This document shows, piece by piece, positions 26,444 through 38,400 of a stretch of 64,000 bases of DNA. The DNA comes from Schmidtea polychroa. Taxonomy: Eukaryota. Every line of letters starts with the position of its first letter. Position 1 is the stretch's first letter. The stretch lies in contig CM097885.1 in NCBI GenBank assembly GCA_044892525.1, forward strand, positions 42,286,001 through 42,350,000, read 5' to 3'. Below the pieces are notes generated by a model. That model was given only the letters and a program-made list of their open reading frames with translations. It did no database searches and was not told the origin of the DNA. The position numbers and the translations under genes are program-made.

Positions 26444-26817
26444 TTTGCAAATATAGTTCCATGTCCTTTCATTCGTTTGTTTATACGTGATATTCCATGT
26501 CTTTTACGTTTTGGAGCATGAGCTGGAGCTGGAGCTGGAGCTGGAGCTGGTTTTTGAAACATACCTGCAACCCCGGGTAAAACTTTCCCTAATTCTGCTA
26601 AAGCATTTGTTTTTAGAGATGGTAATATTTTCTGTTCATTCATAATAACATCTTTTGCAGTTTTCATACCAAAACTACCGATACGTTTAAGAATAGGCAA
26701 TGCAAATCTACCAATTGTTCTCAACCATCCTGATCCGTACTGTTTACCAATAAAATATGGTAAATCACCACCAGATTGGCTACCACTATACATACTAATA
26801 ATATCAGAATTAGCCAT
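26440..26817 (-). CDS. Small virion core/membrane-active precursor with protease-type cleavage motifs
   Basis: QSGG, QYGSG and KGHG motifs, amphipathic GWLRTIGRFALPILKRIG, (PA)n linker and basic C-terminus. This gene position is typical of Mavericks. Confidence 0.7.
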   Translation of the reverse strand: MANSDIISMYSGSQSGGDLPYFIGKQYGSGWLRTIGRFALPILKRIGSFGMKTAKDVIMNEQKILPSLKTNALAELGKVLPGVAGMFQKPAPAPAPAPAHAPKRKRHGISRINKRMKGHGTIFAK

Positions 26818-27877
26818 TTATTTTACGAAAATGTAATGTCAAATGAGTTTTTGAACCTTTTGGAAATTCGATTAATTGACCAGAATCATCTCTTATATTT
26901 ATTTCTATATTGTTTATACAAGATGTTGAAACAGGTAAATACATGGGATTTTCTACATTGATTTGTACAACTTCATCTTGATCATGTTTTTCAATCCATA
27001 TAGATTTCATTAAAGGAACACTAGAATCACCAACAACAACTGGTTCCACGATATTACTGTAAATGAACATTTGCTGATGATGTTTAAGGATTTTCGGTTT
27101 GTTTGTTCCTTCACAAATTTGTTCATTTTGTGTACATACTGGTTTAGTCAATCCTAATGTTTTTGTCAAATTTGAGTCAAATTTAACTTGACTAAGATTA
27201 GAATTTATACTAAATCTAAATACTTTATCTTTTTGAAGCTCAAAAACTGTTAAAATATCGCTACAATTGTCACCTAAATAAGTTTGTAATTGTTCGAGGT
27301 CTGTAATATATAAATTATCTTTAAAAGTATATGCATGATCTGTTATTTCAAAGTATGATAGCTTAAATTTGAATTCAACTAAATTATTAGTTTTCGGAAG
27401 TGTAGAGAGATTTATTTTGACTGTATCATTAAATACATTACGTAAATCGGTAAATCCAAGACGTTTAGCATCAGCCACTGTAGAAAATATAATTTCGAAT
27501 GGCTTATTCAAGCAATTCATGTATAAATATTGACCATCATCATAAATTATAGGTTTCCTTGATTTCGATGAACTCGTCAAGTTATAACTATCTTTATCAA
27601 TAAGAACACTAATATATTCCGTTACTGCTACTTTCTTATTATATTCAATAACAGATTTGCTATAGATTGGGAATAAATTGTATACAAATGTAAAATCCAA
27701 CAGAGCAACTTCCCAGTCATTATCCAAATAGATAGGGTTTTGGAGTTCGATGATGAATTTGCTTGCTTGATTTTCTGGATGAATTAATGGACAACTATTG
27801 CTCGGCAAAATAGTATAAAAATTCACTTTACTATGTCTTTTGCTGATATCCATGACGGGTTTTGATAACCATGCCAT
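26810..27877 (-). CDS. Minor capsid (penton-like) protein
   Basis: FYTILPSNS..ENQASKF..L..PI.L..DWEVAL at the N-terminus; IYSNIVEP..VGD..VPL, P.YLPV and IEINIRD..G..I.F..G.T.LTLHFR at the C-terminus. Confidence 0.85.
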   Translation of the reverse strand: MAWLSKPVMDISKRHSKVNFYTILPSNSCPLIHPENQASKFIIELQNPIYLDNDWEVALLDFTFVYNLFPIYSKSVIEYNKKVAVTEYISVLIDKDSYNLTSSSKSRKPIIYDDGQYLYMNCLNKPFEIIFSTVADAKRLGFTDLRNVFNDTVKINLSTLPKTNNLVEFKFKLSYFEITDHAYTFKDNLYITDLEQLQTYLGDNCSDILTVFELQKDKVFRFSINSNLSQVKFDSNLTKTLGLTKPVCTQNEQICEGTNKPKILKHHQQMFIYSNIVEPVVVGDSSVPLMKSIWIEKHDQDEVVQINVENPMYLPVSTSCINNIEINIRDDSGQLIEFPKGSKTHLTLHFRKING

Positions 27878-28455
27878 TTGACATAGTATTGTTTATCCTT
27901 ACCGACCTTTTTAGTTCTCAATATCTTTTGAATTCTAAATACTTTTGGGGAAGGAATGACTTGTAATTCCTGCTCATAAAATTTCCCCTGTACAATATTA
28001 TTATCATTGTCTTTGATGACATACATTACAGGATTCTGTTTAGTATTTATTTTTGAAATTACAAAGACTTCATCACTCCAATTTGTATCAAAATTTTTAA
28101 TAAATGGTGATGCACTAATTTTACTAATTCTAACATGGTCACCGACTTTATATTTAGGTTTTGTAATTTTTACAGATTTCTTAGAAGTCAATGATGTTTT
28201 TGATGTAATATCAACCGGTCTCAATCCATTCAGTCCTCGATGTGATGAATGATTATAACTTGTTATTATTTTCGGTAAAGCATTTACCCATTTTTTATTA
28301 CCTTGATGCACGAACAATTTCTTTAATCGATCTCTCAATGTTCGATTAAATCTTTCAACATGGGCAGCTTTGTATTGAGAATGTACCGAGTAGTGATTTA
28401 TTTTCAGTTTATCGAGGATTTGCTTAACTTTGCTATTGTAGAATTCTTTACCTAA

Positions 28456-28538
<83 letters not shown>

Positions 28539-28926
28539 CTAAATCTGTTTGCAAGTTATTAGGATGTCCATCTTTAAATAAAATATTAATTGCCTTGGAC
28601 ATTTCTTCTGCAGATTTTGCCTTGACTGGTATTGCTCGTGCAAACCTGCTGTATACATTAATACATGTTAAAATATATTTATTCCCATTGTTAATTTTCG
28701 AATATGGTATCATCTCAATCAAATCCATTTGCCATAAATCGTCAATACCAAATGTTTTATACGCTCTTGTTGGAAATCTTTTCCGCATTGGTTTGTTCAA
28801 ACTGTACGCAAGCTGATCTGATAACCACTTCTGGGTTTCTTTTTTCGAATTCGGAACTCTTTTGTTTAATTTTGCCACTCCACCGAAACCGGCTTCGTCT
28901 TCTGGGTTCGTCCAAATCTTCTCCAT
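27823..28926 (-). CDS. Retroviral-like (c-)integrase with C-terminal chromodomain; intron 28452-28538
   Basis: Catalytic D (WQMDL), D (LQTD.GKEF after splicing) and E (HVERFNRTL). C-terminal FRIQKIL..YYVKWHGY..SW chromodomain. Likely start MEKIW at 28926. Confidence 0.93.
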
Positions 28927-28984
28927 TACAACAAGAAGATTTAAAATTAAATTTAATGTCGGGCAATGAAGGATTAGCACCCAT
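28757..28984 (-). CDS. Small basic protein overprinted on the integrase 5' end, N-myristoylation-like MGANPS and CC
   Basis: ATG in good context (ACAATGG) 3 nt after the upstream stop. MGxxxS consensus, a dicysteine and an Arg cluster. Confidence 0.5.
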   Translation of the reverse strand: MGANPSLPDIKFNFKSSCCNGEDLDEPRRRSRFRWSGKIKQKSSEFEKRNPEVVIRSACVQFEQTNAEKISNKSV

Positions 28985-28987
28985 TGT

Positions 28988-29521
28988 TTATGATTGATTT
29001 CCTACAACTCCACCTAATAATGATAATGCCAGAGGTATCAAGGCACCAATAAATCCACCTTGTTGTTTATATATAATTTTCCTCATTTGCTTACGATTTT
29101 TATTATTTACTAAAGATAATAAAGGTTTCCTATGTTTGCTCAATAAATGCTTTTTTGATTTACTGATTTTAATTTTGCCTTTGACTACTTTAAGTATAAT
29201 ATTGAGTAAATCATCGACAACAAAATTTGGGAATGATTGCAATATATTCATTCTTTTCATACTCGGAGCCTTTAACAATGCATTAAAAAATGGAAAACTG
29301 CGATGATTTTTAACTACTTTTTTACCGGTTTTACGGGTTTTACGGGTTTTACGTTTAGGTTTAGGATTTTTCGAAATAAGATTCATTGCAGAGAAATTTT
29401 CAGTTACAAGTTTTTTAGATGGTGTATAACTAGTTGTTGGTGGAACCTTTGGAACTTTAATAGTCTTTCTAATACCTTTTCTTAATTTCCTAATATTTTT
29501 CACCCTTGCTTTTAGAAACAT
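28988..29521 (-). CDS. Basic core protein ending in QQGG|FIGALIPLALSLLGG
   Basis: Lys/Arg-rich. Maverick-type ..LNIILKVVKGKI..KQQGGF hydrophobic tail, resembling an adenain-cleaved core precursor. Confidence 0.75.
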   Translation of the reverse strand: MFLKARVKNIRKLRKGIRKTIKVPKVPPTTSYTPSKKLVTENFSAMNLISKNPKPKRKTRKTRKTGKKVVKNHRSFPFFNALLKAPSMKRMNILQSFPNFVVDDLLNIILKVVKGKIKISKSKKHLLSKHRKPLLSLVNNKNRKQMRKIIYKQQGGFIGALIPLALSLLGGVVGNQS

Positions 29522-29539
29522 TATTATTCATAGAGGTTT

Positions 29540-30166
29540 TCAACTTTGTTTATAAACCGTGGCACCTTTTGGGTTGAAAATATCTGTTTTTACACGTAAA
29601 TCATCGGGACATTGTTGTGTGAAATCAAGAAATATATATCCATGAGGTATTTTTGTAGCATCTTGAAATGCACTGATAAGAAAATTACGATTGTTAGGGT
29701 ATGCTTGACGTGCAAGAAAATCAATCACTGTTGCATCTCTAGGATTCTTGAAAATGACTAAATATTGTACATTTAAATTACGTGTTCGATGTGCCCCACC
29801 TTGATGAAATAGATTTTGAGTTATGAAAATAACTGTTACACCGACATGTCTGCTAATCTTTGTAAATAAATTATTAAAATCTTTTTCTTTATTAGCTTCT
29901 TGATACAAATCATCGATAATAATGACATCGCCTTTCTTTAATCGGCTGGACCAGTTTTTATCGAATCCCTTTACTATTTTCATGTTTTTTAATTTACAGA
30001 AACTTGATTGAGTTAATCCATGTTCTTCATCAGCACCCCTATGCCAATAAATCCTGTTGAATTTTGATTTGAATAAATTGGATTTTAGTAATTTACAAAC
30101 AAATAATGTTTTTCCACTACCACTCGGACCAACGATTTGGTATACAGCATCATTTCTTAATTCCAT
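29540..30166 (-). CDS. FtsK/HerA (A32-like) genome packaging ATPase
   Basis: Walker A GPSGSGKT, Walker B VIIIDD, SRH..VTVIFITQNLF, RTRNLN..Y..FKNPRD. Confidence 0.95.
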   Translation of the reverse strand: MELRNDAVYQIVGPSGSGKTLFVCKLLKSNLFKSKFNRIYWHRGADEEHGLTQSSFCKLKNMKIVKGFDKNWSSRLKKGDVIIIDDLYQEANKEKDFNNLFTKISRHVGVTVIFITQNLFHQGGAHRTRNLNVQYLVIFKNPRDATVIDFLARQAYPNNRNFLISAFQDATKIPHGYIFLDFTQQCPDDLRVKTDIFNPKGATVYKQS

Positions 30167-30265
30167 TTCAAATATTTTATAAATGTGTATTTGTTTATAT
30201 TCGATGATTTAATGAACTCGTGCTCAATTTGTATATAAAGACTAATTTTCATAAATGATTTAATA

Positions 30266-30703
30266 ATGTTAGCAAATATAAATTATCGAGGAAATTTTGA
30301 TGTATCGAATATGAGGTTCCCACCAGGGAAACCCCAGCAAATTATCGATAGAAGTGGGAAATATCCGATAATATTTTTCAAGACTGGTAAATGCAGAATC
30401 ATGGGATGTAAGAAACCTTTGGATATTAATAAATTACAATATCGAATAAATAATATTAAAATCCAATCAATTACCGTTACTATGGATATGGGACATAGTA
30501 TCAATCTATATAACATGTCGAAAAAATGTGATTGTATGTTTGAACCGGAATTGTTTCCGGCACTAAGACTATTAAAATATAACCCTATATGTGTCAACGT
30601 GTTTGCTAGTGGAAAGGTTGTCATGTTGGGGTTGAGAAATTTGGAGTATAGAGAATTTGTTGACAATGTTCGAAATGAGATAATTTCATTGGTCGATTTC
30701 TAA
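30266..30703 (+). CDS. TATA-binding protein (TBP)-like protein
   Basis: FEPELFPALRL..VNVFASGKVVMLG resembles TBP YEPELFPGL..LIFVSGKVVLTG. IIFFKTGKCRIMGCK resembles repeat-1 LIFSSGKMVCTGAK. IQSITVTMDMGHSINL resembles IQNMVGSCDVKFPIRL. Confidence 0.85.
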   Translation: MLANINYRGNFDVSNMRFPPGKPQQIIDRSGKYPIIFFKTGKCRIMGCKKPLDINKLQYRINNIKIQSITVTMDMGHSINLYNMSKKCDCMFEPELFPALRLLKYNPICVNVFASGKVVMLGLRNLEYREFVDNVRNEIISLVDF

Positions 30704-30777
30704 TTGGTTAATTTCTAATTGGTTATTGATTGATTTAAACAAACGGTTTTTTGTTTAGAATTCATTTTTTCAACACT

Positions 30778-31192
30778 ATGTACAAATTACCAAGCTCTGC
30801 AACCCTCATGAAAGATATCGACGATTCCGGTAAATTTAAAATTTTTATTTTCACATTATTTACTATTTATTATTTTAGAGAAATATTTAGAAGTTATGAT
30901 AAAAAGGATAAAATATTATTATCCTCAAATTATTGAAATTATCAGGGATCGCGAACCTGAGATCATTCCAGATCTGATATTCTATGCGACTCAAATTCGA
31001 ATCATGGATGTATTTCACCAGTTTCTGTGGGATATAAAGATTAACAGAACCATCAAACAAATGGAGCCAGAGTACCAGTGCATCATCGGATGCTCATGTT
31101 GCGCCGATCGATATCGGCGATATGTCGAATGGGAGTTAGTGAAAACTCTGAGAAGGTTTCACTACTCCCAGATTGTAGATTTGGGTTATTAA
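30778..31192 (+). CDS. Hypothetical spliced protein (exons 30778-30829, 30879-31192) with CxxxCxCC cluster
   Basis: A 49-bp phase-1 GT-AG intron joins MYKLPSS..DDS in frame to ORF 30896-31192. AATAAA follows the stop. Confidence 0.65.
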
Positions 31193-31568
31193 TAAATGTA
31201 TTTTTTATTGTGTTTTATCTTTTTTATTGTGTTTTATTGTGTTTTATATTTGAAATAATAATAGTAATAATAATAATAATAGAAATAATAATAGTAATAA
31301 TAATAATAATAGTAATAGAAATATGAATAGTAATAATAGTAAAAAACATTAATAATAATGAAACATATTAAGAATAAATCTGTACATATATCAAAACATG
31401 TAATAATTTAAACATTAATAATAAATCTGTAAATAGAACATGTGACAATGCAACATCAATGCATTTTGAATGCAATTTAAACAAAGACATGCTATAATCT
31501 GATTGGTTGATAGGCATGAGTCAAAGGTATAAAAACCCTGTAACATTTAAATTTATTCATTATTCACG

Positions 31569-31979
31569 ATGACCAAGAAAATTTCAAGCACCGAAAAACC
31601 TAAAGAAATGGTACAACCAGTTCAAATGTTCCACAACTACAAAATGTATTTTTTGAAAGAAGAAATCAATATGAAATTGGTTGCACCAGTCAAGCTAATT
31701 CCAACTAAATTTGAATTCTTATCCGGCACGCTTTCAATGATTGATGTCAAAACTATTGATGATGTTTTTAAACGGATAGATTCGAATCTATCGTGTAATC
31801 AACATGCATGGTTCAACAATAAATATGCAAGATTTTATGATTCCTTTGATGAAATCGCTTTCAAAGAAAATGAAAATTGGTATATAACAATTGCAATCCA
31901 GGGATATAAAGTTGATAATAATGATGTATATTCTCCTATTTGGAAAATTATGTCTGCTAGACTTTCACAAATATTTTAA
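31569..31979 (+). CDS. Hypothetical protein, possibly OB-fold/ssDNA-binding
   Basis: 136-aa ORF preceded by GATTGG, TGAGTCA and TATAAAA and followed by AATAAA. The beta-rich C-terminus WYITIAIQGY...PIWKIM is only suggestive of fold. Confidence 0.55.
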   Translation: MTKKISSTEKPKEMVQPVQMFHNYKMYFLKEEINMKLVAPVKLIPTKFEFLSGTLSMIDVKTIDDVFKRIDSNLSCNQHAWFNNKYARFYDSFDEIAFKENENWYITIAIQGYKVDNNDVYSPIWKIMSARLSQIF

Positions 31980-32106
31980 TGTTATATTTAATAAATGTAT
32001 TAGTCAGATTTGTTTTTTCTCTTTATTAATTGCAACATAAATGCAAATGACATGCAAATTTAACAAAGAAAATCTATAAACAAACTTATAATTTAGTTTT
32101 AAAGTG

Positions 32107-32496
32107 ATGAAAATGACTGTAGAAAAAGGTTAACATGATTAATTAATTAATTACCGAATTATTTATTATTTAGAATTTTTAATCAACTTTTTGTTGGAAA
32201 AGTTAGTAGAAATATCTGGTGTGAAAATGGAGGATATATTATCTATTACAAATGCCTTAAATATCGGCTGGTTAGTTGAGAGTCAAGATACAGGATTTGA
32301 TGATGAGGAAGAAACTCAAGAAATTGATGAGGAAGAAACTCAAGAGGAAATCTATGAACCTATAGAGGAACCTATAGAGGAACCTATAGAGGAACCTAAA
32401 GATGAATCTAAAGATAATATTACGAATGATTGTATTGATCATGTCGTTGAAAATATAATGAAATGTGGAGATGACGACTGCGAATGTGTTAATTAA
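32107..32496 (+). CDS. Spliced acidic protein (exons 32107-32128, 32174-32496) with Cys/His-rich tail
   Basis: A 45-bp phase-1 intron supplies the ATG. EEETQE and EEPI repeats; ends CIDH...CGDDDCECVN. AATAAA at the stop. Confidence 0.65.
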
Positions 32497-32579
32497 TAAA
32501 TCTTAGTTAATTAGTGTTTGTAAATTTATTTAAAATGTTATTTAAAAATTTATTTAAAAATCAAACAAAAATAACTATA

Positions 32580-33100
32580 TTAATTTTTATTTAAAAATCT
32601 GGTTAAAATATACAAAATAGCAACACCTGTTGCAAGTTTTACATAGTTTTTAAATTTTCTTTTCTGATCGTCTATTTCTTTTGCATTTCTGGCGAGTTGA
32701 TTGAGTACTCCCCATCCGCCATTGGCTTCAATCCATGGTTGAAACTTTGACTTGATTATCTAGAAAATAAATATTAATAAAATATAAATTATAAAAGTAT
32801 TACTTCTTGAGACCACTGATAATAGTGCTCTGAGTCCCATAGACTTCTTTGGATTATTATTTTCATATAAGCGAACCCTACTAGTATTCGGGTCCACTTC
32901 ATCTGATCGTCGCATAGACAGTTAAAAATTCTATTAAAATAGAATTTTTTGGTTTCGAGACAATCAGAATTGATCACATCTTCATAATCAATGTGATTAC
33001 CTTCTATGATTTTTTCGGTCCGATCGACCAGGAAACAGAGGCTTTCCATAATATTCCTGTTGACGAGTTCTCTTAAAAGATTTTCCATAAATTGAGACAT
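32580..33100 (-). CDS. Bcl-2 family protein, two exons (32804-33100, 32580-32759), 158 aa, C-terminal membrane anchor
   Basis: BH1-like FNCLCDDQMKWTRILVGF. A 44-bp phase-0 intron leads to BH2 FQPWIEANGGW and the tail LATGVAILYILTRFLNKN. Confidence 0.88.
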
Positions 33101-33669
33101 TTTTACAATAATTTAAAATATGATGTTTTATTTATACTAATACCGGATGATTTTGATTGGTTAATAGACTATAAATGTAAAAGAAAGGTTTTGATTTGAT
33201 ACACCATGAAAACTCTATTTATATTGCTAATTATTATAACGAGTGTGTGCTCACACAATACAACAATAACGGTGGAGTCTTTTAATAAATCAATATGTGT
33301 TTGTCCGAATACAGCCAAGTTGATGGATATTTTATATATTCTCGATAAACCAAAATGGTCAAAGCATCCAGGAAAAAGAATATCTCAAAGATTGGAGAAT
33401 TTAGAAAACAGTTATGAACTAACATTTGAATATATACAAAATATAAAAATTAAATTGATTGATCATATTGAGGTTTTCAATAACTCTATTACTGAAAATA
33501 AAAAGAATATGAAGATTATTGATAAGAAGCATGATTATTTGTTAAAAAAGATTGAATTATTATTAAGAGAAATTCAAACAATCAAAGGATCAATAGAATA
33601 TCTGAAAATCAATTCAACGTTACCAATTTCTAACAATATTGCTGCGAATAGTAGTACATCAATATTTAG

Positions 33670-35159
<1,490 letters not shown>

Positions 35160-35410
35160 TCTGTCGTTTGTCTCCATACCCGGATTAAGTTGGGCATCAG
35201 CTATTAAACAATTAGCTGAACCGATAGAACTTATTCAAGATCCAGAGCTTTACCGTTTATTTGAAGCTGGTATTCGTGGTGGAATGACATTTATCAACAA
35301 ACATCATGTTGAAGCTGATGAATCCACACAAATGTCATACCTAGATGTTAATAATTTATATGGATGGGCGCTGTCGCAAAAACTTCCTGTTGGGGAATTT
35401 AGATTGTAAT
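35160..35410 (+). pseudogene. 3' continuation of the interrupted pPolB
   Basis: Removing the insertion and one TSD restores EALSFVSIPGLSWASA..EAGIRGGMTF..YLDVNNLYGWALSQKLP in frame. Truncated after about 35405. Confidence 0.93.
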
Positions 35411-38400
35411 TGGCAATTGAATAAAGATTTATACATTATAATTATAGAGAAATGAGAATATACAGTTCAGGTTCTTGGTTTTATAGATTTATTTTTGATA
35501 ATTTACGAATAGTATGGATATATAAATTAGGTTTCTGGGTATAAATTCATACTTTAAAGGTAATAAGAATATATAAGTTATATTTTTGAATATAACATAA
35601 AATTACACTTTATAGTTTATATTTTATTAAATCTATAATTTTTATAAACGAATTCTATCGATTCGTATGTCGAACCATTTTATCACTTTTGAGTTACTTA
35701 AAAAGAATTTCTTTCGTTTACTTTATTATTAATGCATTCATTTACGAATCTAGCTTCGACAACCGTATAGGTAGGTTTATTTCTACGAAATTTAACCGTC
35801 TACATTAATTTTGAATTGTAGAACTGTGATCAGTTTAGGTCTGAGGTCTACTCAATTATAGTCCTAGTATAATCTATTGTATAGAGTTTTAATGTTGATT
35901 TTTATTGTGTAATGCATTCAAGTCGGGAAGACTGCTTGCTTACACGGCACCACTGTAACCGCTACGACAAGCCTTACTGTTGTATGGAGTCGACATTCGC
36001 TGTCGACCTATAATAAGTAGATAGTGTCATAGCGGAGGGGTTTTATCGACACAATTCCCTGGCAGAACCATGAAGTGGACGACCTACGATGACCAAACAA
36101 AAAATATTTATAATAAGGATAATGCGGGTCTGCATGTGAAACAACTAGAATTGATTTTAGATAAGGTTGAATGTATGACTGATCAGAGACGCAGATAAAT
36201 CAATGTGCCTCTGAACACTCTTACATTCAACAAAAATTAATAAAAAGAATAAAAATGTTAGCATAAAATATAATATAAAGATGTACATACAAATATAATC
36301 TTGCTGTTAAGATTCTGATTTTCTTCAAATAGACAAAATAAATTTGGCATAAAGAGTGTTTTTGTGACTGAAATGCGTTGGTATATATACCTATTTTTGT
36401 GTGTGCAAATACACGTGTATGTATCGATGCATTAAAACAAACTCGAATTCTTTTTATTCTAGAATTTTCTATTTTCTATTTTTGATGATTTTAAAGGCAA
36501 TTTTAGTGCCATAATTTTTATTTTAAAATTTTTATTTTTCAATTATTTTTTGTTAAAGTTGCCTCTATGATGGATTTGGAGCAATTCCAGAACATTCCAT
36601 AATAATTTAAAGTTAATTTTTATTTTAATGATGTTTTTCCTAATTTATTTCTTTCAAATTTTTATTTTTAAAACTAATTAGTTTATTTTTATTAACTTTT
36701 GTTGATTTACATGGCTTTTATGATGGATGTCGCCATTTTTATGAACTGTTCTGTAATTTCATCTAGAATTTAGTATTTTTTCTATCTTTCTATGTCATTC
36801 GAGTCTGTTTTTGTAATTTTTTATGTTTCTCTGTTATGTTTGAGTCAGTTTTCTTGCAATACTTCTTGCGTTTGTGAGATTTGATTTAATTTCAGTGTTT
36901 TTATTTTTTGTAGTTTTTCTCTTAATTAATATTGTTTAGTTGATGTTTTTTTCTTTATATTTAACTAAACTTATTGCTAGGTTTGCGTGTTATGTACTAA
37001 CACACCTCAGTCACAAAATAAAGGTTTGGGTCTAGAAATCAGTTCTAGCCCAACAATATTTTTAGATAAAAACTTGAAATGTTTATTTCTGTAATTTCAC
37101 TAATTAATTAAACCTAAATAATAATTTTTTTTAATTAGTTTATAAGTGATGATACGTGATAAAAAGAAGTTTGAAGCTGTTGAACTAGAACGAAAAACTT
37201 GAGAGCTTATTTAAATGAGTAGTAAATGCATAACATGGAGACCATACAAACTCAAATCAAAATTTATGATTATACATCAAATAATACAAAGTAAAGCACA
37301 CAATAAATTGAGTATAAATATTCACGTAAAATATAAATGAAAAGCGCAAAAATTTATAATCACCAACATAATTAAGTGAGAAACAACACATTCGAAAAAT
37401 CTCCAAACTTGAAAAGAAAAATAAATGAAAAACAAATTAATAATCATCGAAAATTAAGTATGATTATTGGTCGTATTTACATATAAAGAACTATAATTAA
37501 ATTAAGTATGAATGTTATGACTTGTATTTAGATACTAAGGAGTTATGTCAAAATGTGCAGAAATTATTAGAGAATGAATGAAAAAATAATTAAATGAGGA
37601 TTATGAAAAAATTGCATTAAAATTGTTAAAGAAATAGCGAAATAAAAAAGAAAAGAAAATTATTTAATTATTTGTTTGTTTTAAACAATCAATAAAATGC
37701 ATGATTGCTAATACAAAGTGACAAATCACGAGTATGTGCGTACAAAAATTAAATAATTGTTGGATGACAGGTGCCGAGCAATAAGGGTGTTCGAGCTCAC
37801 GAAATATTATAGAGTAAGCCCAAATAAATACATGGTAAATGTTTATATAGAGCCCTTATATTATCATATCTCTTAATCCAACCTAATTCACCTCAGAGAG
37901 TTTCGCAATTCAACTCAATCCAGTGGTGACTATATTGTAAATATAAATGTTTAATTTTTGTGATTCATTTTGATTTATAATTTGACTTATTAATGTAATT
38001 ATCATTGACATTTCATTTTATCCTTGTGGCTTATTTATTTTTATTTTTGACTGGTTTATGATTTCCGATTATGACATTTATTTGGGATTTTATTTATTAT
38101 TTCTAACTATGTTTTATTCGTATTGTGTTGTAAATAATTGGACTTTTATTTGTTTATAATCTATTTATCATTTGTTTTCGTGTCTTCACATAAATTCTTA
38201 ATTATATAAATAGGGGATGGGATTAATAAAATTTTAATCATTAACATTTATTAATTAAGAAAATTTTAATTTAATATAAAACAGCTGTAGAAATTAAATT
38301 GAGAAATAAAAAAGTTAGAATTTGCATTTTCAACTGCAACATTTTTGAAATAAAATATTTCTTTTGATTTATAAGTATTCTTGAAAAAATTTTAATAAGT

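Noticed and set aside
28452..28538. Poly-isoleucine transmembrane segment in the integrase
   Set aside because: Bounded by GT..AG, and removal restores the conserved TD.GKEF motif, so it is treated as an intron.
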